Shown here: positions 1 through 10,924 of the stretch, one piece after another
Layout: each line of letters starts with the position of its first letter
Position numbering within the stretch: the first letter of the stretch is position 1
NCBI RefSeq assembly: GCF_009914755.1
Contig: NC_060935.1
DNA: 64,000 bases
DNA from: the human T2T-CHM13v2.0 reference genome, Homo sapiens
Direction: 5' to 3' (one strand)
Position numbers and translations under genes: made by a program
Notes under the pieces: model-generated
What the model was told of the DNA's origin: nothing
Seen by the model: the letters and a program-made list of their open reading frames with translations, nothing else
Databases searched by the model: none

Positions 1-1139
1 CTGTGGCAGTCAGCATGCAGTTTAATAAAACATTTTCAAACCACTGGGCCCATTCTTCCCTTCCCACCTACATCTTATGCAGTACAAGATTTTAAGCCTT
101 ATTTTGAAGGTGATTGATTTGGTGTATTTTCCACTTGCTTTCCTGCTGTGGGGACATTTTGCCTCTATGTGTGATAAATTTTTTTAAAGGAACTTTGATT
201 TTCCTGTCCCCTCACTTTCCACCCTGCTGTTGCAGAACCAAGGACTGGGAAGCTTTACTCCTCAAGTAGCTATTTTGCCTTCTCCAATTCTGTGATTAGT
301 TGTTGGTGCTTTGGATTAGCCGTGGCCAGTGCTCAGGGGTTGTCATTCAGGGCTCACATCGGCAGGGTGTTTGAAAGGAGGTGATGGAGATGTGTGTACC
401 ACAGCTACCGACGGTTTTTCTTTTGAAACTAGAGAATAGGCCGATATTTAATTGTATATTGTTTTGTCTTATTCTGGATGTGATTACAGATAAGGGAAAT
501 TCATTACCAATGAAGAGATTCCATTGGGTATGCAGTAGTGGCCCCTGAAAGACACAGACTTGGGGAGGTCTCTACATTTTCTATTTCCTGGCATAAGTAA
601 TATCGATGCTGGGATGGAAGGCTCTTAAGGAAAGCAAAACCTATGATGAAAGCTTTGATGATGTCTTGCTGATATTATTTCTCTTTTGTTTCAAAGTTAT
701 CTGCTTCATCTCTTCATTCTCTCTCAATGAGTACAATTGTGTGTGTGTGTTTTTCAGAAGTACATCTTGAACATGAGATTATAAAATTATGACAACAATA
801 TCAAAACTAGTTATAAGAAGAATATTTTAAAATAGCAAGAATGTTATAAGATATTGAGAACAGAGGTATCACACATAAACACACACACATGTTCACATGT
901 ATTAAAAAGGAGGCACAGTTATTCCATTGTTATCCACAAAATCTAACATAATTTATCAAAACTTATGATGCCAATGCTTTTATGTGATAAAATCATATTA
1001 GGATAAGTGAAGGGACAGTTCTAAAAGTTGCTGAACCACCCTGGCATAATATTTGTCATGCAATCTCAGAAGCATTTTCAGGAATTAACCTAGCAGTGGA
1101 AAACAAATAATTTTAATAAACTATAGAGGGTTGCACCTT

Positions 1140-1275
1140 AATGCCCAACCTCATGAAGAAGGTGGGGCATGCTTTCTTTCCCACAGTTGACAGATGAAGA
1201 TTCTGAAACATAGCAAGGTTGAGTAAATCATTTCAGGTCACAGAGCAAGTGGTCAAACCAGGAGTGAAATTTTAC
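1140..1275 (-). mobile_element. MIR SINE fragment
   Basis: Core-like cccacagttgacagatgaagattctgaaacatagcaaggttgagtaa...aggtcacag. Confidence 0.7.
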
Positions 1276-1545
1276 ATACCTTCCTCCTAGAAGCAGCTCA
1301 GTAATTGAGACTCTTTTCCATATATAGGAATTAAGGCTTTAGCCAACATTAGTATTGCCTTTTCTGTTGAATATACCTCAAAATTAGAGCACTTGGAAAA
1401 TGCAAGCCCAACCCTCAGTGGCCAGCAATGTGATTAGTTCTCAGTGGTGGTGTGGAAAGGAAGGAGGGTGGCATAGGGTGAGAGGCAGACACCTGGCCTG
1501 CTCCTGCTGTGCCCCACGTGGGAATATTTTAAAAAGTTCATTCCT

Positions 1546-1731
1546 ACCCTGTCTCTACTAAAAATACAAAACAGCCAGGCATGGTGGCACGAGCCTGTAA
1601 TCCCAGCTTCTCGGGAAGCTGAGGCATGAGAATCACTTGAATGCAGGAGGCAGAGGTTGCGGTGAGCCGAGACAATGCCGCTGCACTCCAGCCTGGGTGA
1701 CAGCGTGAGACTCCATCTCTAAAAAAGAAAA
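1546..1731 (+). mobile_element. 5'-truncated Alu (linker + right arm, AluS-like)
   Basis: ccctgtctctactaaaaatacaaaa...cctgtaatcccagct...gcactccagcctgggtgacag..., then A tail. Confidence 0.93.
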
Positions 1732-2644
1732 GCTGGCTCCTGCTCTTGCCTCTTGCTGAAGGAGCTCAGGCAGAGCGGTCGGAGAGCAGAGACCCTCCCT
1801 GGGGAGTGTGCCATTTGCCCAGAGAACCGCAGGGTGTCCTGGAACAAGGTGCAGATTGGGCTTGCACCGGGAGGGCTGCATGCAGAGCCTCAGGGAGGCT
1901 GGCTCTGCTCTTTGATTTTCCCACCCCCAACCAGGGAGGCGCCCTCAGAACACCAAGCCACGGGCGAGGCTCCTCTGTCTCTTCCTTCTTTCTCTTGACT
2001 CTCGACCTTCCTCTGCTTCCTTTATTTTCATTCACATCCTCCATTTGTACATCTGTGGCTCTTTGCAGGCATCTTCAAGTTCTTCTTCCATCTCTTTCCC
2101 TTATCACCTTTTACTTTCCCAAATCTCCCAGGCAGGAGCCCCACTCCTCCAGCCCTCCACTTACCAGGGCTAACTCAGACTCTTTTATTAAGGGGAACAT
2201 CCAGTGTCAAACTCTCCCATGCCTCTCTCATTCAACAAGCTCAGTTTGGTCTGCGTTAGAGAGCCATGTGCCTAGAAGTGTGTGTGTTTTGCTAATTGTA
2301 AATCACATATGAAATCTACATCCTGAATCAAAAAATTGACTGCAAACTTTGTGTCTGAAAGAGACCAAACTTTTTGTCCTCAAGCAACCTGTACCTTGGA
2401 AATGACAAACACTCCTCGTGGTCGTCTGATCCCAGATCATTGCGGAGTTTTTAGAAAACACTCTAAGTTCTATTTAAATTTATTGCTTGGCATTTCTGGG
2501 ACACAGAATAATCTCTTCTGCCAACCTATAAATTCATTTAAAATCTGTGCTTTCCCCTGAAAAATCATAATAACCAAAAGAACCAATAACAATGCTATAA
2601 TTAATTATTATTTCTATTAAAAGATAGGGCTTATTTTTTTTCCT

Positions 2645-2695
2645 ACCCTGTCTCTACTAAAAATACAAAAATAGCTGGGTGTGGTGGCAGGCACC
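2645..2695 (+). mobile_element. Very short Alu linker fragment
   Basis: accctgtctctactaaaaatacaaaaatagctgggtgtggtggcaggcacc. Confidence 0.85.
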
Positions 2696-2847
2696 ACCAC
2701 GATTTAGGTGACATTCTAGGAGCAGTATTTCTACAGCTCTGTTAATCACCCTTCATCTGTCAATCAGAGGGAACTCCTTCTCTGCTTTTAACTAACAAAA
2801 ACCCAGTAATAAAACTCGGACTCCCAGGGGACGCATGGCTCGCTTAC

Positions 2848-2907
2848 CTGCGGATTTTAGGTTACCCGGGGAGCTGTTATGTTGTGTCTGAGGGGGAAAT
2901 AATCTAT
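2848..2907 (-). CDS. Candidate alternative 60-nt cassette exon of OPCML (20-aa insert DRLFPPQTQHNSSPGNLKSA)
   Basis: ~65-nt pyrimidine tract + ttcag| acceptor, CAG|gtaagc donor. Length is a multiple of 3, and only the phase-1 frame is free of stops. No transcript evidence available. Confidence 0.5.
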
Positions 2908-4147
2908 CTGAACAGAAATTAAGAAAAAATAAGAAAGAAAAAAAATTAAAAGAAAGAAGAATTGAAAGAGAGGGTACAAATATCTATTACAACGATATCA
3001 TCTTCTAAAGCTGTTTATGATAAAAAGAGGATTTGGTAGCTTGTATCTCAGCTATATTAAATTAAATCCAAGATCCCTTTCCCAGACACACACAGGCCTG
3101 AAAACATCAATCCTGTCACGACAAACTAGCCCCTGGGAAAAGGAATCCTCCTGGCAGTGTGCCACCGACCCTTATAAACTGTTAACCGTGGTAATGAACC
3201 AATCCAAGAGACATATTAATAATGACATGAAGAGACACATTTATTGTTGATTGTTGGGATGGTGGCAGATTTATTGCCAGCTTGCCAGGAGGGAGGGCTT
3301 GGCCCAGCAATGGTACAATTAAAAACAAATTGAATACAGGGACAAAGAATCAATAATCTAACAGAGCAACTTTTAGTTTGCAAAATACAAATATAAATTA
3401 ATTGACCTGAACACAGTTGCTAACTGGTCATTAATGTCTGCTTACTGGCCAATCGGAGCACATAATCCATCCCATTAAATTGATTGCAGCAGGCTGGGTC
3501 CCTGCACTTCCAGCTCTGCCTGCCAGGGCAACCATCAGGGCACCTTGTTTAGGGGTGATTTTTGACACCGCTAAAGCAAAGTGACTGTGTTAGAAATTTT
3601 CCCCAGAAGCCCTAAATTAAGGAATTCTTTTTAAGGTTTCACTAAGAACTTCTTTATTCAACAGGCATGTTTTCAATGCTACAGTGTACAGTGATCTGTC
3701 CCAAGGGAAAGGACTTGAAGGGAATAAATCCATGCTGGACGTGGCTTTTCATGATGTGGCTACCAATATCTCCCCCACTAAGCTGCCCTTTGAGATGCTT
3801 ATTTATTCCTAAGAATAACTGACATTTTCCCTCAATCTTTCCTAAAATCTTAAAAGCATATTTAAGACATTTTGCTATTATTTTTATGGATTAATAACCT
3901 TTTATATGAATTTGTGAAAGAGAGACTTCTATGGTCATGCCAATTCAGATTGCTATCCCTAAGCTGTGCCTCTGTGAAAAATTATGGAGCCACCTCCTCT
4001 GGCTTGTCTTCAAGGAAATTACAGTCTAGGAGAGCAAGAGAGTTACATCCACCAATAACTGAAATTTGAAACAAAAAGCTACAGGTATCACAAGGAAGTA
4101 CAGGTAAAGTGGCAGCTGGAATTTTTTTAAAAAGCCCTAGCAACTCT

Positions 4148-4355
4148 AAAATTGTGCAATATGATAGCTACTGGTCATGTGTGTCTATTTCAAATTAAAT
4201 TAATTAAAATTAAATAAAACTAAAGACTTGGCTTTTCAGTCACACTAGTCACAACTGAAGTTCTCAACAGTCACTTGTGGCTAATGGCTACCACGTTGAA
4301 GAGTGTAAATACAGAGCATTTCCGTCATCGCGGAAAGGTCTATTGGACAGTACTG
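4148..4355 (-). mobile_element. MER3-like hAT-Charlie DNA transposon
   Basis: Ends ...catttccgtcatcgcggaaaggtctattggacagtactg; internal gtggctaatggctacc and AT-rich centre. Confidence 0.8.
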
Positions 4356-4516
4356 CTTTCTGTAGGATTTGGATATCCAGGGAGAAGAACATTAAAGGCA
4401 GATGAATTCTATGAGAAACGAAGAAGAATGCAGGATGCTGGGCAGCGGGGATTACACAAGGACAAACTTGACTAGGTTGTGTGTAGGATGTAAATGTGGA
4501 GAAATAAGAAATAAGA

Positions 4517-4790
4517 GTGGAAAGGGTGGGAGGGGGGTGAGGGATAAAAGACTACAAATTGGGCTCAGTATATACTGCTCAGGTGATGGGTGCACCAAAA
4601 TCTCACAGCTCACCACCAAACAAATTACTCATGTAACCAAACACCACCTGTTCTCACAACTCACCACTAAACAACTTACTCATGTAACCAAATACCACCT
4701 GTGCCCCAAAAGCCTATGGAAACAAAAATTTAAAAAGAAAGAAACATTCCTCCTACCAAAAAGTAAAAAAGAAATAAAGAAGTAAGAATA
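4517..4790 (+). mobile_element. L1PB-type 3' end with an internal 51-bp tandem duplication
   Basis: gggtgggagggggtgagggataaaagactacaaattggg...ggtgatgggtgcaccaaaatctcac...cctatggaaa plus A-rich tail; duplicated units start at 4601 and 4652. Confidence 0.85.
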
Positions 4791-4799
4791 GAAAAGACG

Positions 4800-5440
4800 G
4801 TTTGGCCCTGGATTGCTCAGCACTTGGAAAGACAATCTAAGAGCTTTTGACTTGACTTCATTGTCAACAGGGATCCATTAAAATACAAGTGGGGTAAGTG
4901 ACATGATCAGTATCTGCATCAGAAATACTTAGACAACACTGTTAAAATGAATTATAGGGCGGGAGAGATGAGGATTAGGTATCAATTAGGATGTGACAGG
5001 CAAAAGTCAGTAGAGAGTAAGATTCTGCACTTTGAAGGTAGTGGTTGTGGGAACGGAAAGGGAGAGAATGACGTTATTGGACATGACATTTGCTTTGATA
5101 GAGAAGCAAAAGAGAAAAAGAGTCAAAGCTGAAGCCAAGGTTTTATACACAATGGTGTTTCCATGAATAGAAATGCGAATTACGAGAAGAGGAACAGGTT
5201 TTGGAGAAAAGAAGATAAGTTGAGAGTGGAACATGTTAAGATTCCTAAGGGATACCCAAGTTGAGGAGCTAAGAAAATAATCAAACATTGGAGAATGGAA
5301 TTAGGAAAGAACTAAAAACTGGAAATTTAGATTTAGGAGCCAATGATATAGAGCTGATATTAACTCCAAGAAAAAAAGTTATAATTACTAAGACAAGATC
5401 AACAAAACAAGAGAGAAAAAAGTTTAAGGACAGACCCTGA
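4800..5440 (-). mobile_element. Degraded L2 LINE
   Basis: Purine-rich L2-antisense motifs (gaggaacaggttttggag...ggaacatgttaag...atttaggag). Confidence 0.6.
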
Positions 5441-5556
5441 CTCCACAGAGATTAGACTACAATGCCTTAAGCAGAGGCAACCTGACCTGACACAGAAAGG
5501 ATGTGTATTGTAAATGACCTGGCGTGGCAGTCTGACCTACTTATTTAAAAGCTATG

Positions 5557-5631
5557 GAATTGAAAGGAAGTTAAGCTAGAAGCTGAGTGGAGAATTGAAA
5601 GGAAGTTAAGCTAGAAGCTGAGTGGAGAATT
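5557..5631. repeat. Perfect 35-bp tandem duplication
   Basis: gaattgaaaggaagttaagctagaagctgagtgga x2, then gaatt. Confidence 0.95.
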
Positions 5632-5803
5632 CCACTGTCAACGGAAGTGAGTTTAAGATACAACCTTGTACTTATCAGCAGGGCCCTTAGCTTCTCTGAG
5701 CCTTAGTTTTCTCATTCAAAAAAATGGGAACATGAATCCCACCCTCTGGGGTTAATTGGAAAATAGAATCTGATAATGTTTATAAGATGACCGCCACCCC
5801 ACT

Positions 5804-6241
5804 TAGTTAACTCTTGAATAATATAAGGGCTGGGGGTAATGACCCCCACACAGTTGAAAATCTGCAAATAACTTTGACTCCCTCCAAATTTAACTACTAA
5901 GAGCCTAATGTTGACCAGAAGCCTTACTGATAATATGAAACAGTTGATTAATGTATATTTTGTATTTATATTATATACTGTATTCATATAATAAAGTAAA
6001 TTGGAGTAAAGAAAATGAGACTAAGTAAATAATAAGGAAGAGAAAATATATTTACTGTTCATTAAGTGCAAGTGGATCGTCATAAAGGTCTTCATCATTA
6101 TTGTCTTAATGTTGAGTAGGCTGAGGAGGAGGAGGAAGAGGAGGGGTAGGTCTTGCGGTCTCAGGAGTGGCAGGGATGGAAGAAAATTCACATATAAGTG
6201 GAACTGCATGGTTCAGACTCATATGGTTCAAGGGTCAACCG
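5804..6241 (-). mobile_element. Tigger2a-like Tc1/mariner-type DNA transposon, adjacent to or inside a MIR relic
   Basis: TIRs tagttaactcttgaa...ttcaagggtcaaccg followed by TA; internal gttgagtaggctgaggaggaggaggaagagg; MIR core at about 5680-5730. Confidence 0.85.
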
Positions 6242-6964
6242 TACTCAGCAGATGATAACCATTGTTTATAATTACTGAAAAAGATTATTGACTGTTTTCC
6301 TGGTGATTATTTTGCTTCACTTCTATTGCTCTTCAATTTCTATGCCTATAGAGGAGAAATTTAGTGAACGAAGAGTAAAAGACTTCTTGAGAAGCCAGAA
6401 TAAGAATAGGGACAACAGTTACTTTCGTCAAGGCACTATGTTTGAGGGTAATACTTGTTAACTAGGAGCTCAAAACCAGGTTCGGAAATGCAAGTGAGAC
6501 TCTCCAAATCTGTGTACACCTGCTATGTGTAGAAAGACATCACTATTCTGAATTCACAGTTTACTTGGATGCTAAACAGTGACTGACTAATCTTGCGGGT
6601 GGTGAGGCTTGAAACCTTATGTAAGATCCTCACTATATGAGGGTCATGGTGGACATTAATCTATCAGGAGAGTTTATGAACATTTACTAATTTGTCCTTC
6701 TTCTGAGGTGTGATTGCTCCCCTGCTCACAGCAGCAGGAACGTGTGGGAAAAGACCTATTTACTGGAGGTATTGGCAGACAGGTCTCTTCGGAAATAAGC
6801 TGAGATCACCATGCAAATTCAGCAGAACATAACAGGCATTTCATTTTCCTTCCATCTCCACATCAGTGATGATTTTGAGAACAGGCATTACGACTGTTCC
6901 GTTTATTTAATTCTATTGCAAATAAGGCAGATGACAGCCCCAGGCCCTGACACTTCTCTCTGTC

Positions 6965-7118
6965 TTTTTTTTTTTTTTTTCAGACAGAGTCTTGCTCTGT
7001 CACCCAGGCTGGAGTGCAGGGGTGTGATCTTGGCTCACTGCAACCTCCGCCTCCCTGCTTCAGCCTCCTGAGTAGCTGGGACTACGGGCGCACGCCACCA
7101 TGCCCAGCTAATTTTTTC
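6965..7118 (-). mobile_element. Alu right-arm fragment with a short internal deletion
   Basis: polyT-cagacagagtcttgctctgtcacccaggctggagtgcag...; the gggttcaagcgattct segment is missing. Confidence 0.9.
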
Positions 7119-7422
7119 TGGCTACTGTAAAAATCATCATCAAACCAGGTGCCAGGACTGGCAGCCTCTTCTTGGATCATATCAAGGAGTTTCTCTGCCT
7201 TTTTCCCAGCCAGGACTCTCAAGCGGAAGTGCTGCCTCTTGCCAGGGTCCACCCGTGATTTGTTCTGACAATGTATTCATCCAGAGTCACATTTTTTTTT
7301 GGTCTCACTCACCTTAGAAAATACCGACTCCTCCTATTTTTATAATTAAATAGACTATAAGTGTCCGAGGAGAAATGGAGTGTGTCCTTCCCCCTCTCGT
7401 CTCCTAGACAGAGGCTTAGCCT

Positions 7423-8371
7423 ACATATTTGTGGGTAATGGGATGGAATTCCAGAGGCCACGGAGGAAATAGCCATAAACCCTATAAAAACTGTGTGAGC
7501 GTGTGTGTGGAGTACAGAAGAAACAGACAAAACCCATGAAAACTGTGTGCGTGTAAGAGTGTGTGTATGTGTGAGTGCGTGAGTATGTCTGTGAGTGTGT
7601 GTATGTGTACGTGGTGTCTGTGTGTGTCTTAGTTGCAAAGCAAAGCAGAACAAAGCCCCACATGTATCTTCACAACAGTGGGAGAAAAGGCCTGATACAA
7701 GGAGAAATCTGTTTTTTTTTCTTTTTTTATAAACTGTGTTGTGAACTGTGTTGTCACCAACCACACACAATGTCATGAAAGGTCACAATCTAGGAGACGC
7801 GTGAAGGTCAACGTCAATTATACTCTGGCTACGCAAGGTGTCATATTCGTTAATATCTGAGAAACACAGTAGTCTGAGAGCCGGGATAGGACCACGGCAT
7901 GGTGGGGTGAGTGTGGCCTTGCTCTAACCCTGAGCGCAGGGGGCGGGGCAGGTGCAGAAGGTGGTGTGGGGACACCCTCCCAGTGAAGGGAGACTTGAGA
8001 TCCCTTCCTTTATGTGTTATAGAGGGTATTCTGGACAGTAACTTCATTCTTGATTCCTTCTGTGTTGTAGTTGCCTTCTTAGTTAGCCTAACTCTTCCAT
8101 AAAGCATGTGTATGTATACACATATACATATATACACCTCAAACATTGAACATGTATATGTGTATATCCAAGCATATATATGTGTATCTTTATATACTCG
8201 TATACATATATATGCTTGATGTTTGATGATTTCTCCATTGATCAGGTCTCTTCTCCCATTGTTGTGAGGAGAAATATGTTGGTTGTTCTGCTCTGCTTAG
8301 GAACTAAGACATACAGAGGTACCACGTACACACTCACACTCACGAATGCCCTCACACATACACGCACTGTT

Positions 8372-8403
<32 letters not shown>

Positions 8404-8512
8404 TGTCTGTTTCTTCTGCAGTCACATGCACACACTCACACAGTTTTTATAGGTTGTATGGCTCTTTCCTCTGTGGCCTCTGGAATTCCACCCCACTGTC
8501 CATTAAATATGT
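7423..8512. repeat. Long imperfect inverted repeat (arms 7423-7709 and 8228-8512, spacer 518 bp)
   Basis: ggaattccagaggccacggaggaaatagccata pairs with tatggctctttcctctgtggcctctggaattcc; cacaacagtgggagaa...ggagaaatc pairs with gatttctcc...ttctcccattgttgtg. Confidence 0.92.
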
Positions 8513-9014
8513 GTCCGCTTGACGTGGGTTGTGGAGGTTACAAATGTTAGAGAAGAACTTGGAAGCAAATGGTATCTTTCTCTTCCACCTTCTCTAACCA
8601 AAAAGTGAACAACAAGGTTTACAGTCACCCCTAACTAGCAGTGTTAGTAAGGGACACTAAATCCTAAAGCCTCTGGAGAAAAATACAAATAAGAAATAGT
8701 AGGAACAATGGCAAAAGACTGCGATTACTTTCACACCAACCTAGTAATTGTGCCATCGGCGGGTGAAAGTAGGAGAGACACAGAGTGCAGAGACTCCTGG
8801 TCACACACAAATTCCCAGATGAATTACACTGACAAGTTGTCACACAGAATAACTAGAAAGGACTTTCATATCATCAGTTCAACCTTTCCATTGCAAAGTC
8901 AAGGACATGACGCCCAGAAAAGTCCTTAACCTAATTTTGGCTGTGTGCTTTATCTGCACTAATATACAGAATTTGCAGCTTAGAGACCCCTTCTCAGAAT
9001 CTTATTTCCAATTG

Positions 9015-9060
9015 ACATACACACACACACACACATACACACACAAAAAAAACACACACA
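9015..9060. repeat. Interrupted (CA)n microsatellite
   Basis: Read directly. Confidence 0.9.
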
Positions 9061-9649
9061 GCCACACATGGGATTAAAGTATGCATATGTGCACATAAAT
9101 AAATTACTCTGAATTCTACTCTTCACCCCATGTTAATAAGCCAGGAGAGGAACGTCTTGGAGATGCAGGCCTGCACTTTTAGGAGCCGAGCGCAGGGCTG
9201 AGGAGTGAGCATTCTGCTGGCCTGTCCTGTTGTTTTCCACTCTTCTATCCTGTCTTTGTGAAGAGTAAATGTGATTACAATTTTAAGTAGCGGTTGAATA
9301 CATTAAATTTATTTCAGGTTAACTGCCTGCTTTTCTTTAAGTCTATAAGCACACATGTTCATTTAAATGTTTGGGTAATATTTAGGAAAAGAGGAGAAAA
9401 TAGCCTAAAAAAAGAGATTGCTTACAAAGAGTTGAAAATAGGGAAATCCCTGGCAAAATTGTGACCTATGGCTCTGCCTCCCTGGGCCTGCTGCAACCGC
9501 TCCTTGGTGCAATCCCAGCATCCACCTGCTGCCCCAACCCCAGAATTGTCACCTCAGGGCCCACCCTTTTCTGGAGCACCTCTGAAGGTTGACATTTTTC
9601 TCACATAAGAACAAGTACCTGTCTACGTATTTAACTCTGAGTCAGTGGT

Positions 9650-10110
9650 GTGTTGAACACTCTGGTGGCTACAGAGTAAATATACCCGGTCTTGGGTGTT
9701 GCTTTGCCACTTCCTCGCTAGTGTAACTCGGACAAATCACTTCCAAGTCTCTGAATCTCACTTTCTGGTCTTGGAAAGGTGTGCCTTTCTATTCTGTCAT
9801 GTGGGGCTTTTGGGAAGCATAATCAAAAGAGATAATGCATATAAAGTACCTTGTTAACTGTTTGTATTTTGATAACTTTTTTTCTCGTGAGAAAAGCTTA
9901 ACCTCGATGAGTAAGTCTAGTGAAGGGGATTTAAAGCACGCGGCAGCTGCATCAGCGTTGGGTAAGTTGTTAATCTTTCTAAGCCTCCATTTCCTTATTT
10001 GTAAACATGACTAGGGTGGATATTCTGTAGAGTGGATAGATGTAAGGAACGGCTGAGATAACGTTTATACTTAGTGCACCCAATGCTGAGGTTGGTTGGT
10101 GATCAGCAAT
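9650..10110 (+). mobile_element. Two adjacent MIR fragments
   Basis: ggacaaatcactt...tctctgaatctcactttc; gggtaagttgttaatctttctaagcctccatttccttatttgtaaa. Confidence 0.7.
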
Positions 10111-10789
10111 ATCTAGGACTGGCAGGGCTGGGAACACATTTTTCTTTACAAGCAAAACTCAACTTCAGATACCAACCAATTTCACCTGAACTGACACCAG
10201 GCTAAGAGATGTAGAGTCTTTTGTTTACATAGAAATTGCATAAGCTTGCTGTGGAGCCTCCTATGTAAGAATTTAATAAAATTCATCATTTCCAGCCCTT
10301 TGCATAAAATTGGGCTTAGCAAGAGGAGTTCATTCCATAAAAGGAAGTAACCTGTAGTGAAGAGATTTCTGAACAAGGCAGGAAAGCAGGTAGAGAATAC
10401 CTACATCCAAAAAGCAACCATAGACGGATCTTCTTACTCCATCTATCTCCAACAAACAACGACAATGACATACCACTGGCACACATAGATCTCTGCATTC
10501 TTTCAGAGTGCTGAAGAGCTCATGACAGTTAGAATGACAATGAGATTCTGGATCCACAGAGGGTCCAGGGTTTTCAGTACTTACATAGGATAAAGTGGTA
10601 ACATTTAAAATGCATATCCCTGAAGGGATGAGCTACTAGAAAATTAATTATCCTCTCTTTGCCCCCCTCACAGCCTCTCTACATCATTTATTGTAGCTTT
10701 GGTGTCCCACTCCCACCACTAATTTTCTTTCTTGAGCTTTGTCCTCAATTTCTGTTGCTACAATGCAATATCAATAGAAGGAAGAATGA

Positions 10790-10792
<3 letters not shown>

Positions 10793-10830
<38 letters not shown>
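10793..10830. repeat. (AC)19 microsatellite
   Basis: Read directly. Confidence 0.97.
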
Positions 10831-10834
<4 letters not shown>

Positions 10835-10924
10835 AGAAATCCTGAAAATGTTCCATTGATCTAGAGCAGAGAACTAACTTTGGATGTTGTTGGCATTGGA
10901 GGGACTGCAGAATGCTGAAAAGAC

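Noticed and set aside
1746-2312. 188-aa + strand ORF
   Set aside because: Non-ATG start, low-complexity pyrimidine-rich sequence, no recognisable domain.
7313-7354. Possible 42-nt exon or recursive splice site (ttctaag|gtgagt)
   Set aside because: The donor is good but the acceptor is weak, the phase-1 frame contains TAA, and the AAG lacks a pyrimidine tract.
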